DNA of 64,000 bases. Origin: Tepidisphaera sp. GTDB taxonomy: Bacteria; Planctomycetota; Phycisphaerae; Phycisphaerales; UBA1924. The notes under the pieces were generated by a model. The model did no database searches. It worked only from the letters and a program-made list of their open reading frames with translations, and had not been told where the DNA came from. Location of the stretch: positions 3,584,001-3,648,000 of the forward strand of contig CP051526.1 of assembly GCA_050916045.1 (NCBI GenBank). The letters run 5' to 3'. A program made the translations under genes and the position numbers. Numbering within the stretch: the first letter of the stretch is position 1; each line of letters opens with the position of its first letter. Below, piece after piece: positions 9,781-19,641 of this stretch.

Positions 9781-11466
9781 ATGACGCGCCACACCGAATC
9801 GTCCGATCACTCGTTCCCTCGCGCCCGCCACGCCGAGGCTGTTCCGGCTTCCTTCGCGCCGTGGTTCGCCGCGGCGTGGGTCTTTCCCGTGCTTGCGGCG
9901 TGCGCGGTGGTGCTGACGGGCCATGTGCTGGGCGTGACGTGGCTTGCCGAGACCTCGCTTGGCATCCCCGCCGGCTTGTGGATCGTGCTGATCACGGGCC
10001 TCGGGGCCCAAGCGGCTTCGCGTCGCCGGCAGGTGGCCGCCGCGAGCGCCGACACGTACATCGTGCCGGTCGCCGATGCTCCGCGGTTCACCGCGCCTGT
10101 CTCCATCCCCGCCGCAACGACCGCGCCGGTGACCTTCCCGGCGGTGACGACGACTCCGGCTGCTTCGCCCGTCGCGGCGCCCGCGCCTGCCTCAAAGCCC
10201 GAATCCAACCCCGCTCCCGTCACGGCGAGCGAACCCGCGACGCCGACGCACACGGCGGCGGCCAAACCCGCTCCCAAGCGGGCCGCTTCCCTTCGCCCGA
10301 CGTGGCCGACGGACCCGTTCCGCCGCTGCGGGCTCACGATCCTGAGCAACACCGCCCGCACGTTCGAGAGCGTGGGCGGAGCGCAGGGCGGACTCGCCGA
10401 ATCCATCGCTCGCCGCTTGGACGAGCGCGGCTCAGCCACGCGCCCGCTCCGCGTGGGCATGATGCTCGACGATCGTCTGGCCGAACTTCTGGCGGACGGC
10501 TCCCTCCGCGACGTGGAATGGCTCCGCACCGAGGGCACCTCGCCGTCGCTCGCCATGTCCGTGCAGAACCTTGACGCGGTCGTGACCCGAGCCGGAGAGG
10601 ATGAGCCCGATTCCCTCGTCGTGCGCACGCGTGAGCACGCGGCCCGCGAAGCCGGCTGGTTCGACTGGGGCTCCCCCCGCCCGATGACCTACTTCTCGAT
10701 CTTTCCCCTCCGCCTTGACGCAAGCCGCGTGACGCTGCCCGGCCTCGTGCGTTCGCTCGAGCAGGGCGAGACCCCCGCGCTCGCGGTCGCTCGTCGCGTG
10801 ATCCGCCTGGCCGCGCTCCTGAGCCGGTCGCCCTCCCGCGTCACCCTCGCCGACCGGCTGTCCGGCCGCGCGGCCGTCGTGCGGGGCGTCCGCCCGGACC
10901 TGGTCGCCGACGCGCTGCGTGAATCCACCGAGCTCCTGAGCGATCCGATCACGCCCACCGAGCGTGCGGCCGCCCGCGTCGCCAGCGCGTGGATCGCGAC
11001 CGAAAACGACGCTCTGTCCGACGCGGAACGCTGCCGCTTGGCCGACCTGGCGGCCCACGCCGCCGGCGATGAGCCCGAGGTCATGCTCCGCGTCGCCGCC
11101 GTGCGTCTCTCTCTGCTGGACGAACATCTCGGCATCGACGCCCTCGCCCGGGCCGACCGCATGATCCGCCAGCGCGGGACGCTCGGCGGCCTCGACCACC
11201 TCAAGCTGCTGCAAGCCGAGCTTGAGCACGGCACCTACGGCGACATGACCATCGGCCGTGTCGCGGCGGGCGTCTGCTTGGCGTGCGCCGCGACCCCCGC
11301 GGACCGCATCGCGTTCCTCAAGGACGACCTCCTCGAGGATTTCCGGTTCAGCCACTACCTGACCGGCCGCGACCAGGACCACGCCGTCCTTCTGGAGGTC
11401 TTCCGCGAACTGGAACGCAACCGTCGAGCGGAGTCCTTCGGCCTTCCCGCCGCGAAAGCCGCCTGA
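9781..11466 (+). CDS. Hypothetical membrane-anchored protein with Pro/Ala/Thr-rich linker and helical C-terminal domain
   Basis: Long ORF with host-like codon usage, two N-terminal hydrophobic segments and a low-complexity linker. The start is uncertain (9661-9781). Confidence 0.7.
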   Translation: MTRHTESSDHSFPRARHAEAVPASFAPWFAAAWVFPVLAACAVVLTGHVLGVTWLAETSLGIPAGLWIVLITGLGAQAASRRRQVAAASADTYIVPVADAPRFTAPVSIPAATTAPVTFPAVTTTPAASPVAAPAPASKPESNPAPVTASEPATPTHTAAAKPAPKRAASLRPTWPTDPFRRCGLTILSNTARTFESVGGAQGGLAESIARRLDERGSATRPLRVGMMLDDRLAELLADGSLRDVEWLRTEGTSPSLAMSVQNLDAVVTRAGEDEPDSLVVRTREHAAREAGWFDWGSPRPMTYFSIFPLRLDASRVTLPGLVRSLEQGETPALAVARRVIRLAALLSRSPSRVTLADRLSGRAAVVRGVRPDLVADALRESTELLSDPITPTERAAARVASAWIATENDALSDAERCRLADLAAHAAGDEPEVMLRVAAVRLSLLDEHLGIDALARADRMIRQRGTLGGLDHLKLLQAELEHGTYGDMTIGRVAAGVCLACAATPADRIAFLKDDLLEDFRFSHYLTGRDQDHAVLLEVFRELERNRRAESFGLPAAKAA

Positions 11467-11474
11467 ACGCCCGC

Positions 11475-12818
11475 CTACCGCTGGAAGTCGTACACGGTCC
11501 CCAAGCCGAGGATCCCCGTCAGCTCATCCAGCGCACGCTTTGACATCTCAAGCACGCGCGGATCGTGCAGGTCGTGCGGCGTCAGCTCCTCCGGATAGTG
11601 CCGCGTCACCCACTCCTGAAGCTCATCGAGCTTCTCGTGCGTCGCGAGGCACCTGGGGTTCACCGCCGCCACCTCCGCTTGCGTGAACGGAACGCGAAGC
11701 CGCAAGCACGCCGGCCCGCCCCCGTTCCGCATGCTCTCGCGCAGATTCATGTAGTGCACCGCCGCGATCGGGTTCGACGGGTCCGCCACCGTGCGGTTGA
11801 TGAGCCCGCGCACGCCCTCGTGCTCATAGCTCTCCGTGGGCGCCAGCAGCGCCATCGTGCCGTCCGGAAGCGAGACAAGCTGCGAGTTGAACAAGTACGT
11901 CCGCACGCACGCCGACACCGGCACCTCGCTGTCGCTCACCCGCACGGGGCAGAACGCCGGGCCCAAGAGCGACTCAAGCCGGTCGCGCACGGCTTCCTCG
12001 CTCGCGAACGCCCGCTCGTGGTAGAAAAGCACGCGTCCATTGCCCACCGCGATGACATCGTTATGAAAGACACCCTCGTCGATCACATCCGGGTTCTGCT
12101 GCGCGAAGACCACGCGGTCCAGGTCGAGCTTGTGCCGCCGCGCGATCGCCTGGCTCGCTTGGAGCGTCTGCCTCGCGGGATAAAGCTTGGGCTTGGGCGC
12201 CTGCCGATTCCCGAAGTGCGCCCCGTACACGAACAGATGCACCCCAGGCCCGGGCGTGCTTGGCTCAACATCGTCATAAAGCCGCGTGTGGTTCGCCGCG
12301 CCCTCATCCCCGTACGCATCCGCGCCGGGCAGAGCATCGTGATGGGCGAACCGCGACTCGTCCGCGAAGATGGCTCTCAGAATGCGGCCGGTCACGGGCG
12401 GCTCGATCGACCGGTGGAACATCGCCCGAAGGTTCGCCGGCGTGAAGTGCACGCGATGGTCCGCGGTGTCCGCGCTGGGCGAGACCGTCGCCGCGTTGGC
12501 CGTCCACATCGCCGAAGCCGAGCACGCCTGCGCCAGAAGCACCGGGTCCTCCGCTGCCACCCGCGCCAGCACCTGCTCGTCGGTCCCGTCATACCCAAGA
12601 CCGCGAAGCGTCGGCACATGCGGCCGCTCATGCGGCGGCAAGATCCCCTGCACCATGCCAAGATCGATCAGCTTGCGCATCTTCGCAAGCCCCTGCAGCG
12701 CCGCGTCGCGCGGACGCGACACCGCCCCGGCGTTTCCCGCCGACGCGACGTTCCCGTACGAAAGCCCGGCGTAGTTATGCGTCGGCCCCACCAGCCCGTC
12801 AAAGTTCACTTCGGTCAT
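11475..12818 (-). CDS. astB: N-succinylarginine dihydrolase
   Basis: EVNFDGLVGPTHNYAGLSYGNVAS, SASAMWTANAATVSPS, GDEGAANHTR, GVFHNDVIAVGN and ESMRNGGGPACLRLRV motifs. Confidence 0.96.
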   Translation of the reverse strand: MTEVNFDGLVGPTHNYAGLSYGNVASAGNAGAVSRPRDAALQGLAKMRKLIDLGMVQGILPPHERPHVPTLRGLGYDGTDEQVLARVAAEDPVLLAQACSASAMWTANAATVSPSADTADHRVHFTPANLRAMFHRSIEPPVTGRILRAIFADESRFAHHDALPGADAYGDEGAANHTRLYDDVEPSTPGPGVHLFVYGAHFGNRQAPKPKLYPARQTLQASQAIARRHKLDLDRVVFAQQNPDVIDEGVFHNDVIAVGNGRVLFYHERAFASEEAVRDRLESLLGPAFCPVRVSDSEVPVSACVRTYLFNSQLVSLPDGTMALLAPTESYEHEGVRGLINRTVADPSNPIAAVHYMNLRESMRNGGGPACLRLRVPFTQAEVAAVNPRCLATHEKLDELQEWVTRHYPEELTPHDLHDPRVLEMSKRALDELTGILGLGTVYDFQR

Positions 12819-12850
12819 GCCCGATCATTGACCGCCCGGACGCCCATCGC

Positions 12851-13219
12851 TCACGCCCGCCCTGAACCCTCGCCACACTCCGGGCACGTCCCCGACTTCA
12901 CCCCCGTCAGGTCATACCCGCACGACCGGCACCCGCCCGGCCCGGGCAGCCCCACCATCACCATTCTCGCCACAACCCCCGCGCCGAGCAACAGCACCAC
13001 CCCAGCGACCGGCGGCCAAGCCGCGTCGACAAGCCCGTTCCACGCGTCCCCCACTTGCTTGGATGAAGTCACGCCCGATGCGAACTGCACCCGGGCCCGC
13101 GAGACGTGCCCCCACGCCGTCCACGCTTCGAACACCCGCGGCAGATTCCACACGAGCAGCACCGCCGCAACCGCCCGCACCAAGACCGTGACATCCCGTC
13201 GGCTCAACTGGTCTCGCAT
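12851..13219 (-). CDS. Small two-TM membrane protein with C-terminal zinc ribbon
   Basis: Two hydrophobic helices, then CRSCGYDLTGVKSGTCPECG; GGAGG RBS. Confidence 0.75.
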   Translation of the reverse strand: MRDQLSRRDVTVLVRAVAAVLLVWNLPRVFEAWTAWGHVSRARVQFASGVTSSKQVGDAWNGLVDAAWPPVAGVVLLLGAGVVARMVMVGLPGPGGCRSCGYDLTGVKSGTCPECGEGSGRA

Positions 13220-13231
13220 CGCAGCCTCCGC

Positions 13232-13576
13232 TTAGCTCGCCTTCGCCTCGAAGCGTCCGCATCCCGGGCATGTCGTAGCCCCCGCCGACGCCAGATCGTA
13301 CCCGCAGCGTTGGCAGTGCCCCGCCGGATAAAGCCCACGGGCCACGATCTGCGCAAACCATGTCGCCTTGAGAACACACATCAGGCCGATCGCAATGCCC
13401 ACGAACGGGTACATAAGCAACTCGAGAGCCGCCAAGGCAAAGTTGTCGCTGTAGGACGCGCGACTCTCCCCACCCGAGAGATGCGCGACGGTGCCCAAGA
13501 GGGTCGGCACATTCGACACCGTGATCCACACTCCCACCACACGCACCAAAATCACCGCCAGAACAAACGGGTTCAT
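13232..13576 (-). CDS. Small two-TM membrane protein with C-terminal zinc ribbon
   Basis: ATGA overlap with the astD stop; two hydrophobic helices; CQRCGYDLASAGATTCPGCG. Confidence 0.75.
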   Translation of the reverse strand: MNPFVLAVILVRVVGVWITVSNVPTLLGTVAHLSGGESRASYSDNFALAALELLMYPFVGIAIGLMCVLKATWFAQIVARGLYPAGHCQRCGYDLASAGATTCPGCGRFEAKAS

Positions 13577-15105
13577 GACAACCACCCTTCCTCAAACCGC
13601 ATCCCCGTCGGCACCGTCGCCGCCGCTCCGCTCTCAATCATCCCCGCCACCGGATACGCGCAGTAATCCAGGCTGAAGCTGCCCGCCGGCCGGTGGTTCC
13701 CCGAAAGCCCCAGGCCGCCGAAGGGCAGCTTGCTGCTCGCGCCCGCCGTGCCGGTGTTCACGTTCACACAGCCCGCGCGGGCTTCGTGCAGGAACCGCTC
13801 GATCGAAGCCGCATCCTTCGTAAAGATCGACGCCGCAAGCCCGTACCGCGTCGCGTTCGCCTGCTCGATCGCCTCATCAAGCGATTTCACCACCGCGACG
13901 CGAAGCAGCGGGCCGAAGACCTCGATATCCGCCCCGCCGCCGCCCTCGATCGTGAACCGGTCCACTCGCATCACCCCCGGCGTGACGAACCACCCCTCGC
14001 CGTCGAGGGCCGAGCACGCCATCAGCGACTCCCCGCCCGCTTTCACAAACGCCGCCTGAGCTTCGAGAATACCGCGTCGCGCCGCTTCGGAAATGACCGG
14101 GCCCATGAAGACCGGGTGCGGAGCGTCGGGCTGACCGATGATGAGGTTGCTCGCGGCTTTGCACACCGCTTTGATCACCCGATCGGCAACCGCTTCGTGC
14201 ACGACGAGCCGTCGCGTGCAGGTGCAGCGCTGGCCGGTGGTGACGAAAGCCGACCGCACGCACTCGATCACGGCCTGCTTGAGATCCGCGTCGGGCATGA
14301 TGACCGCCGCGTTATTGCCGCCCATCTCAAGAGCGCAGATCTTTCCGGGCGAATCGAGATTGGCTTCCAAGATCGCCCGACCCACGGGCCAGGACCCGGT
14401 GAAAAGCACACCATCGACGCCGGGATGCCGAACGAGCTTCTGCGCGACGTCCGCACGCCCCTGGACGAGGTTCACGACGCCGCGCGGGGCCCCTTCGGCT
14501 TCGAGAGCTTCCTGAAGCAGTTCCGCGAGCATCTGGCCGCACGCGGGGGTCTTGTCGCTGGGCTTGAACACGATCGTGTTGCCCATGAGCAGCGCCGGCA
14601 CGATGTGCCCGTTGGGGAGGTGCATCGGAAAGTTGAAGGGGCCGAGCACAGCCATCACGCCGTGCGGGCGGAACCACGCTTTGCCCTGCCGCGTTTCGGC
14701 GAGCTTGGTTTCCATCCCCGCGACGCGTCGGAACGCACCCTCGGGGCTCTGGTCCAGCGTGATGTCGACCTTGTTGCCCAGGAGCCCGGCTTCGGCTTTG
14801 GAATCCCACATGACCTTGCCGGTCTCATCGCGGATGAGGGTCGCGATGGCGTCCTGTCGTTCGGCGCAGAGCTTCTGGTAACGCCGAAGCACGCCCATCC
14901 GCTTCTCAAGCGACCACCGCGACCAAGTGAGGCCGGCTTCGTGAGCGGCGGCGACCGCGCGATCAACGTGCGAGACCTCGGTGCCGCCGGACCAGACCAC
15001 CGAGGAGGGCTTGGCCGGGTTCTGGCTCGTGAGAGATCCCGGAGCGGGGTGCCACGCGCCCGCGATGAGATCCGAAGCATCATGTTGAAGCGAGGGATGG
15101 TGCAT
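13573..15105 (-). CDS. astD: Succinylglutamate-semialdehyde dehydrogenase
   Basis: ALDH motifs PHGVMAVLGPFNFPMHLPNGH, FTGSW, LEMGGNN, GQRCTCTRRL and GASSKLPFGGLGLSGNHRPAG; lies near astB. Confidence 0.9.
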   Translation of the reverse strand: MHHPSLQHDASDLIAGAWHPAPGSLTSQNPAKPSSVVWSGGTEVSHVDRAVAAAHEAGLTWSRWSLEKRMGVLRRYQKLCAERQDAIATLIRDETGKVMWDSKAEAGLLGNKVDITLDQSPEGAFRRVAGMETKLAETRQGKAWFRPHGVMAVLGPFNFPMHLPNGHIVPALLMGNTIVFKPSDKTPACGQMLAELLQEALEAEGAPRGVVNLVQGRADVAQKLVRHPGVDGVLFTGSWPVGRAILEANLDSPGKICALEMGGNNAAVIMPDADLKQAVIECVRSAFVTTGQRCTCTRRLVVHEAVADRVIKAVCKAASNLIIGQPDAPHPVFMGPVISEAARRGILEAQAAFVKAGGESLMACSALDGEGWFVTPGVMRVDRFTIEGGGGADIEVFGPLLRVAVVKSLDEAIEQANATRYGLAASIFTKDAASIERFLHEARAGCVNVNTGTAGASSKLPFGGLGLSGNHRPAGSFSLDYCAYPVAGMIESGAAATVPTGMRFEEGWLS

Positions 15106-15150
15106 CGCGAAGATTAGGGTGCCTCGCGAAGGACCCGTCCGGCCCACCGC

Positions 15151-17502
15151 TTACTTGGGCCGCCGGCTCTCCCGGAGCACTTCGCAAGCGTCCAGCAGGC
15201 GGGCCACCCGGGCTCGGATCGAAGGACCCAGGGGCTCCAGCGCCGCGACGGCCCGCTGCGTCTCTTCGAAGAGGTCATCCGCTTCGGTGAAGCGTCCGGC
15301 GTCGCACGACACGGCGATCTGCGTTCGGCGGAGTTGAAGGATCGCCGCCAGATGCGTCGCGTCCTGATCGGTCAAACGAGCCAGCACCCGCGCGACCACC
15401 GCGTCCGATCGGTCCAGATCCCCCATCGCCTGCCACGCGGTCGCGGCGAGCTCGGTCGCGTCAAGCGTGGCCTGATGCGTCGGGCCCAGCGCGGCCAGGG
15501 CCGAATCGGCCGCCGTTTCGGCGAACGGCGCCGCTTCTTTGGCTCGCCCTTCCGCGAGAAGCACCGACGCGAGCACGCACCGCGTCCGCACCAGCGAAGG
15601 ATGCCCGGCGGGAAGGCGTGCTTCGTGCCAGATGAGTTCCGCTTTGGCGAGCGGGAGGGCTTCCCCGAACCTCGACAGCGCCGCGAGTGATTCGATCTTC
15701 ACCCGAACCGCTTCCGCACGGTACGAGACCGGAGCGCCGACGCCCGGCTCGGGAAGCGTCAGACCTGAGATCAAGTCCAAAGCCCGCGCGGAGGATCGCC
15801 GCGTCAGCGCGAGCCTCGCGAGTTCGACCGTCGCCGGACCGATCAGGCTTTCGCGGCGAGGATCCGCTTCGGGCAGGCCTCTGGCGGAGGCGAGAGCACG
15901 CTCGAGGATCGGCTCCGCTTCGTCAAGGCGGACATCCTGCACGTAAAGCCTGCCGAGCGCGGTGAGAGCCTCCGAGAGCTCGGCTTTGGCTTGCGAAGCT
16001 TCTCCGCACGCGACCGCGTCCATGGCGGCGGCGACGGCTTTATCGAGCTGGCCCCAGCTTTCGTGCGCTCGGGCGAGTTCGATCAGCCCCATGGCACGCT
16101 CGGCGCTCCGAGCTCCGAAAGCTCGCTCGCCCGCCTGTGCCGCACGCTCACCGTAACACACAGCCCGCTCGTGAAGCGCGAGATCGCGGTACGCGACCGA
16201 GAGGGTGCGGGCCACCGCGAACTCGACCTCCGCGTATTTCGGCGGCTCGGCGTCAAGACGGCGTGCCGCGGCGTCAAGAACGTCCGCGACGCGGGCATCT
16301 CGGCCAAGGCCCTCGACGCCGGGGCTGAGGACCAGTTCGTTCATCAGCGAGGAGACCGCCTGGGCGACGCTCCGGTCGCGTTCGGACTCTCGCGCTCGGG
16401 CTTCGGCCTGCTGCGTCAGGGCCTTTGCTCGCTCGGCCGCGTCGCGCGACTGGATCACGAGGACCATCCCCGCGACCATCGCGACGATGCCAGCCGCGAC
16501 CACCGCCGGATGACGCTTGACGAAACGACGCAGGCCCTGCACCATGCTCGCGCGGCGGGCGAGGATCGGTTCATCGGCTTGGTAGCGACGCAGGTCCGCG
16601 GCAAGCTCATCGACGGTCTGGTACCGAAGCTCCGGCTCACGGTCCATCGCGCGACGCACGATCGTCTCGAGATCTCCGCGAAGCGACGGGTCCGCCGCCG
16701 CGAGATCGGGCGAGCCGGCTTCCCGGAGTCGCTGGATCGCCAGCGCGGCCGGAAGCGTCGAGACGTCGATCGGAGGCTTGCCCGCTAGGAGTTCAAACAG
16801 CATCACCCCCAGCGCGTAGACATCGCTCCGCGTGTCGATCACATCGCCCTCGCGCTCAAGCTGCTCCGGGCTGATGTACGGGAGCGTGCCCATCACCTGG
16901 CCCGACACCGTCAGCCGCGTCGCCGCGTCGGGCTCGACGAGGGAAGCAAGCCCGAAATCGACGACCTTTGGCTGGTCGTCCGCACCGACGAGCACGTTGC
17001 CGGGCTTGAGATCGCGGTGAATCACGCCGCGGCGGTGCGCGTACGCGACCGCTTCGCACACCTGCAGGAAGACCGCGAGGCGTTTGTCCAGGTCCCACCC
17101 GCGCTGCGACGCCGCGCGGCTCATCGAAACGCCCGCGACATACTCAAGCACGACATACGGCTCGCGAGCGGGCCCGTTGCCGGTCCACCCCGCGTGCAGG
17201 AGGCGGGCGATCCCCGTGTGCTGCAGCTTCTGAAGGATCCGGGCTTCGCGCGTGAGACGTCGGGCGGTCTCGTCGCTGGCGAGGGAAGCCCGGAGCATCT
17301 TGATCGCCACATCGCGGCCGGACTGCGTGTGTTTGGCGTGGTACACCACGCCCATCCCACCCACACCCAGCGGAGCGATGAGCTCATACCCCTCGGGCAT
17401 CCGCGCGGGCACGGAAACGCCGTCGTCCTGCTCATCCTCGATGAGCAGGTCCCGCGCGAAGACACCGGCTTGTTTCGGATCCAGGATCATCCGGAATTGC
17501 AC
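15151..17502 (-). CDS. Hanks-type Ser/Thr protein kinase with TM segment and TPR-like C-terminus
   Basis: LGVGGMGVVY, VAIK, HRDLKPGN, DFGLA, GTLPYISPEQ and DVYALG; TM helix then Ala-rich helical repeats. The start is uncertain. Confidence 0.92.
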   Translation of the reverse strand: MQFRMILDPKQAGVFARDLLIEDEQDDGVSVPARMPEGYELIAPLGVGGMGVVYHAKHTQSGRDVAIKMLRASLASDETARRLTREARILQKLQHTGIARLLHAGWTGNGPAREPYVVLEYVAGVSMSRAASQRGWDLDKRLAVFLQVCEAVAYAHRRGVIHRDLKPGNVLVGADDQPKVVDFGLASLVEPDAATRLTVSGQVMGTLPYISPEQLEREGDVIDTRSDVYALGVMLFELLAGKPPIDVSTLPAALAIQRLREAGSPDLAAADPSLRGDLETIVRRAMDREPELRYQTVDELAADLRRYQADEPILARRASMVQGLRRFVKRHPAVVAAGIVAMVAGMVLVIQSRDAAERAKALTQQAEARARESERDRSVAQAVSSLMNELVLSPGVEGLGRDARVADVLDAAARRLDAEPPKYAEVEFAVARTLSVAYRDLALHERAVCYGERAAQAGERAFGARSAERAMGLIELARAHESWGQLDKAVAAAMDAVACGEASQAKAELSEALTALGRLYVQDVRLDEAEPILERALASARGLPEADPRRESLIGPATVELARLALTRRSSARALDLISGLTLPEPGVGAPVSYRAEAVRVKIESLAALSRFGEALPLAKAELIWHEARLPAGHPSLVRTRCVLASVLLAEGRAKEAAPFAETAADSALAALGPTHQATLDATELAATAWQAMGDLDRSDAVVARVLARLTDQDATHLAAILQLRRTQIAVSCDAGRFTEADDLFEETQRAVAALEPLGPSIRARVARLLDACEVLRESRRPK

Positions 17503-17591
17503 CTCGCCAAGCCCAACGCTTCACCCTTCACGCCGCTTGCCAGTATCATCGGCGGTCCGCCCCCACCACGCATGGGTCGCGAACGTTCCCG

Positions 17592-18317
17592 ATGTCGCAT
17601 TCTGACACCCATCACGAGTTCCCCAAGACCGACTGGACGCGCCTCCTCGCCGCTCGCGAAGGCGGGGGCTCGCTCGATGACGCCGTCCGCGTCTACTGGA
17701 GCCCCGTCTTTGCTTATCTACGCCGCAGCGGGCTCGCGTCGGCTGACGCCGAAGACCTCACACAGGAGTTCATGGCGACTGTGGTTCTCGGACGCGACCT
17801 CATCGGACGCGCAGACCCCGACCGCGCCCGCTTCCGGACCTTCCTCAAAGCCTCCCTGCGCAACTTTCTCCTGGACTACCACAAAAGCCCGACCGCCCGC
17901 GAACGCCGCACGGCCAAGCCGCTCGGCCTGCCCGCCGACGCCCCCTCCGCGTTCCCAGAACCAGCCGCTTCCGACACCGCCGAGACCGCTTTCGACCGCC
18001 AATGGGCCGCGGCGCTCATCGACATGGCTCTCCGCCGCGGAGAAGCGTACTGCGAACAGGCCGGGATGCAGCTTCACTGGAAGCTCTTTCGGGCCACCAC
18101 CGTCGACCCTCTTTCCGGCACCAGCGCCGCTCCACCGCAGGCCGATCTCGCCCGTCAGTTCGATGTCGAACCCGCGCGGGCCGTCGAGATGATCCAGACC
18201 GCCCGCAAGGTCTTTCGCCGCATGTTCAAGGCCACGGTTGCCGAGACGGTCAGCGGGGCCGAGCAGGTCGACGATGAGCTCCAGCGGGTGCTTTCTTCGC
18301 TCGGGATCCGTTCGTAA
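17592..18317 (+). CDS. ECF-type RNA polymerase sigma factor
   Basis: FPKTDW...YWSPVFAYLRR...DAEDLTQEF...RFRTFL...FDRQWA pattern, typical of kinase-associated PVC ECF sigma factors. Confidence 0.85.
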   Translation: MSHSDTHHEFPKTDWTRLLAAREGGGSLDDAVRVYWSPVFAYLRRSGLASADAEDLTQEFMATVVLGRDLIGRADPDRARFRTFLKASLRNFLLDYHKSPTARERRTAKPLGLPADAPSAFPEPAASDTAETAFDRQWAAALIDMALRRGEAYCEQAGMQLHWKLFRATTVDPLSGTSAAPPQADLARQFDVEPARAVEMIQTARKVFRRMFKATVAETVSGAEQVDDELQRVLSSLGIRS

Positions 18318-18450
18318 GGCAAGCTCCAGCGATCGCCGCCCTCTGGCCGATGAACCGGCGGAGACCCCCGGCGGCTATCATGCCTTCGAGTCGGTCACCC
18401 GATCTTTATACGAACAATTGGCCGCTTCGCGGCTCGGCACGGAGCCCACG

Positions 18451-19611
18451 ATGTTTCTGATCCGGCAATCCAAAGCGGAAGACACCGGCACGCTCCTCAA
18501 ACTCGCCCGGATGGTCTATTTCATCAATCTGCCGCCGGACGAGCGGCTGATCGCGTCCAAAATCCAGCAGAGCCGGGAGTGCTTCCGGTACGCCGCGACC
18601 GTCGCCGGCGACCAGACCGACGCGAGCGAGGCCGAGGAGCAGTCGCATCGTCGCGGGATCACCGGCCTCGCGCACGCCGAATCCGACGTCTTCATGTTCA
18701 CCATCCTGGACAAGAGCTCCGGCGGCGTCGTCGGCACCTCGCAGATCCGGTCGCACATGGGCGGTCCGGGCAACCCCAACTACTCGCTCAAGGTCTTCTC
18801 GCGCGAGTTCCGGTCCTCCAACCTGGGGATCGGCACGACGCACCTCCTCGCCCGGCTTCACGCCGACGAGAGCGGGCCCAGCGAGATCGGCGGCCTCATC
18901 ATCCAGCCGGCATTCCGCGGTCACAAAGAGCGGCCGGGCCGGTTCCTTTCATGGGTGAGGTTCCACTTCATCGGGCTGCGGCGCTCTCTCTTCGCGTCCA
19001 AGATCATCGCCGAGATGGCTCCGACTGTGACAAGCGACGGCGACAACCTCTTCTGGGACTCCATCGGCCGCAAGTTCATCCCGGTGAAGTACGTCGAAGC
19101 CGACCGGTTCTGCCAGCACAACCGCAAGTTCATCGACGAGCTTTACCCCAAGGACGACATCTACCTCACGCTCCTCCCGCTCGAGGTCCTCAATCAGGTC
19201 GGACAGGTCGGCCACGAGACGATCCCCGCACGCCGGATGCTCGAAAAGCTCGGCTTCCAGTACCGCAACTACATCGACCCCTTCGACGGCGGCCCGCACC
19301 TCGAAGCCGCGACCGACCGGATTTCGCTCGTCCGCGAGACCAAAGCCACCACGTTCGCCGAACCTCTGGGCTCCAAGATCCAACCGACCCACCGCGGCAT
19401 CGTGAGCGTCTTCGACACCGACGGTGATTTCCGCGCGGTCGAATGCGACCTCGCGTTCGACAAGCAGGGCCGCCTCTCGATCCCCAAACGGGAGCTCGAC
19501 GCCTTGGAAGCCTCGCGCGGCGGGGCTTGCGGCGTCACACCGTTCGAAAAGCTCGGAACCAAAGCCACGACGACGAAACGCGCGAAAGCCGGCAAGAAGG
19601 TCAGGGTCTAG
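18451..19611 (+). CDS. astA: Arginine N-succinyltransferase
   Basis: MFLIRQ...INLPPDE, SEIGGLII, IIAEM, FWDSIGRKF, QVGHETIPARRMLEKLGF and YIDPFDGGPHLEA motifs. Confidence 0.9.
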   Translation: MFLIRQSKAEDTGTLLKLARMVYFINLPPDERLIASKIQQSRECFRYAATVAGDQTDASEAEEQSHRRGITGLAHAESDVFMFTILDKSSGGVVGTSQIRSHMGGPGNPNYSLKVFSREFRSSNLGIGTTHLLARLHADESGPSEIGGLIIQPAFRGHKERPGRFLSWVRFHFIGLRRSLFASKIIAEMAPTVTSDGDNLFWDSIGRKFIPVKYVEADRFCQHNRKFIDELYPKDDIYLTLLPLEVLNQVGQVGHETIPARRMLEKLGFQYRNYIDPFDGGPHLEAATDRISLVRETKATTFAEPLGSKIQPTHRGIVSVFDTDGDFRAVECDLAFDKQGRLSIPKRELDALEASRGGACGVTPFEKLGTKATTTKRAKAGKKVRV

Positions 19612-19641
19612 AGCTCTCCCCAAGAGCGACAAGGAGCGTCG

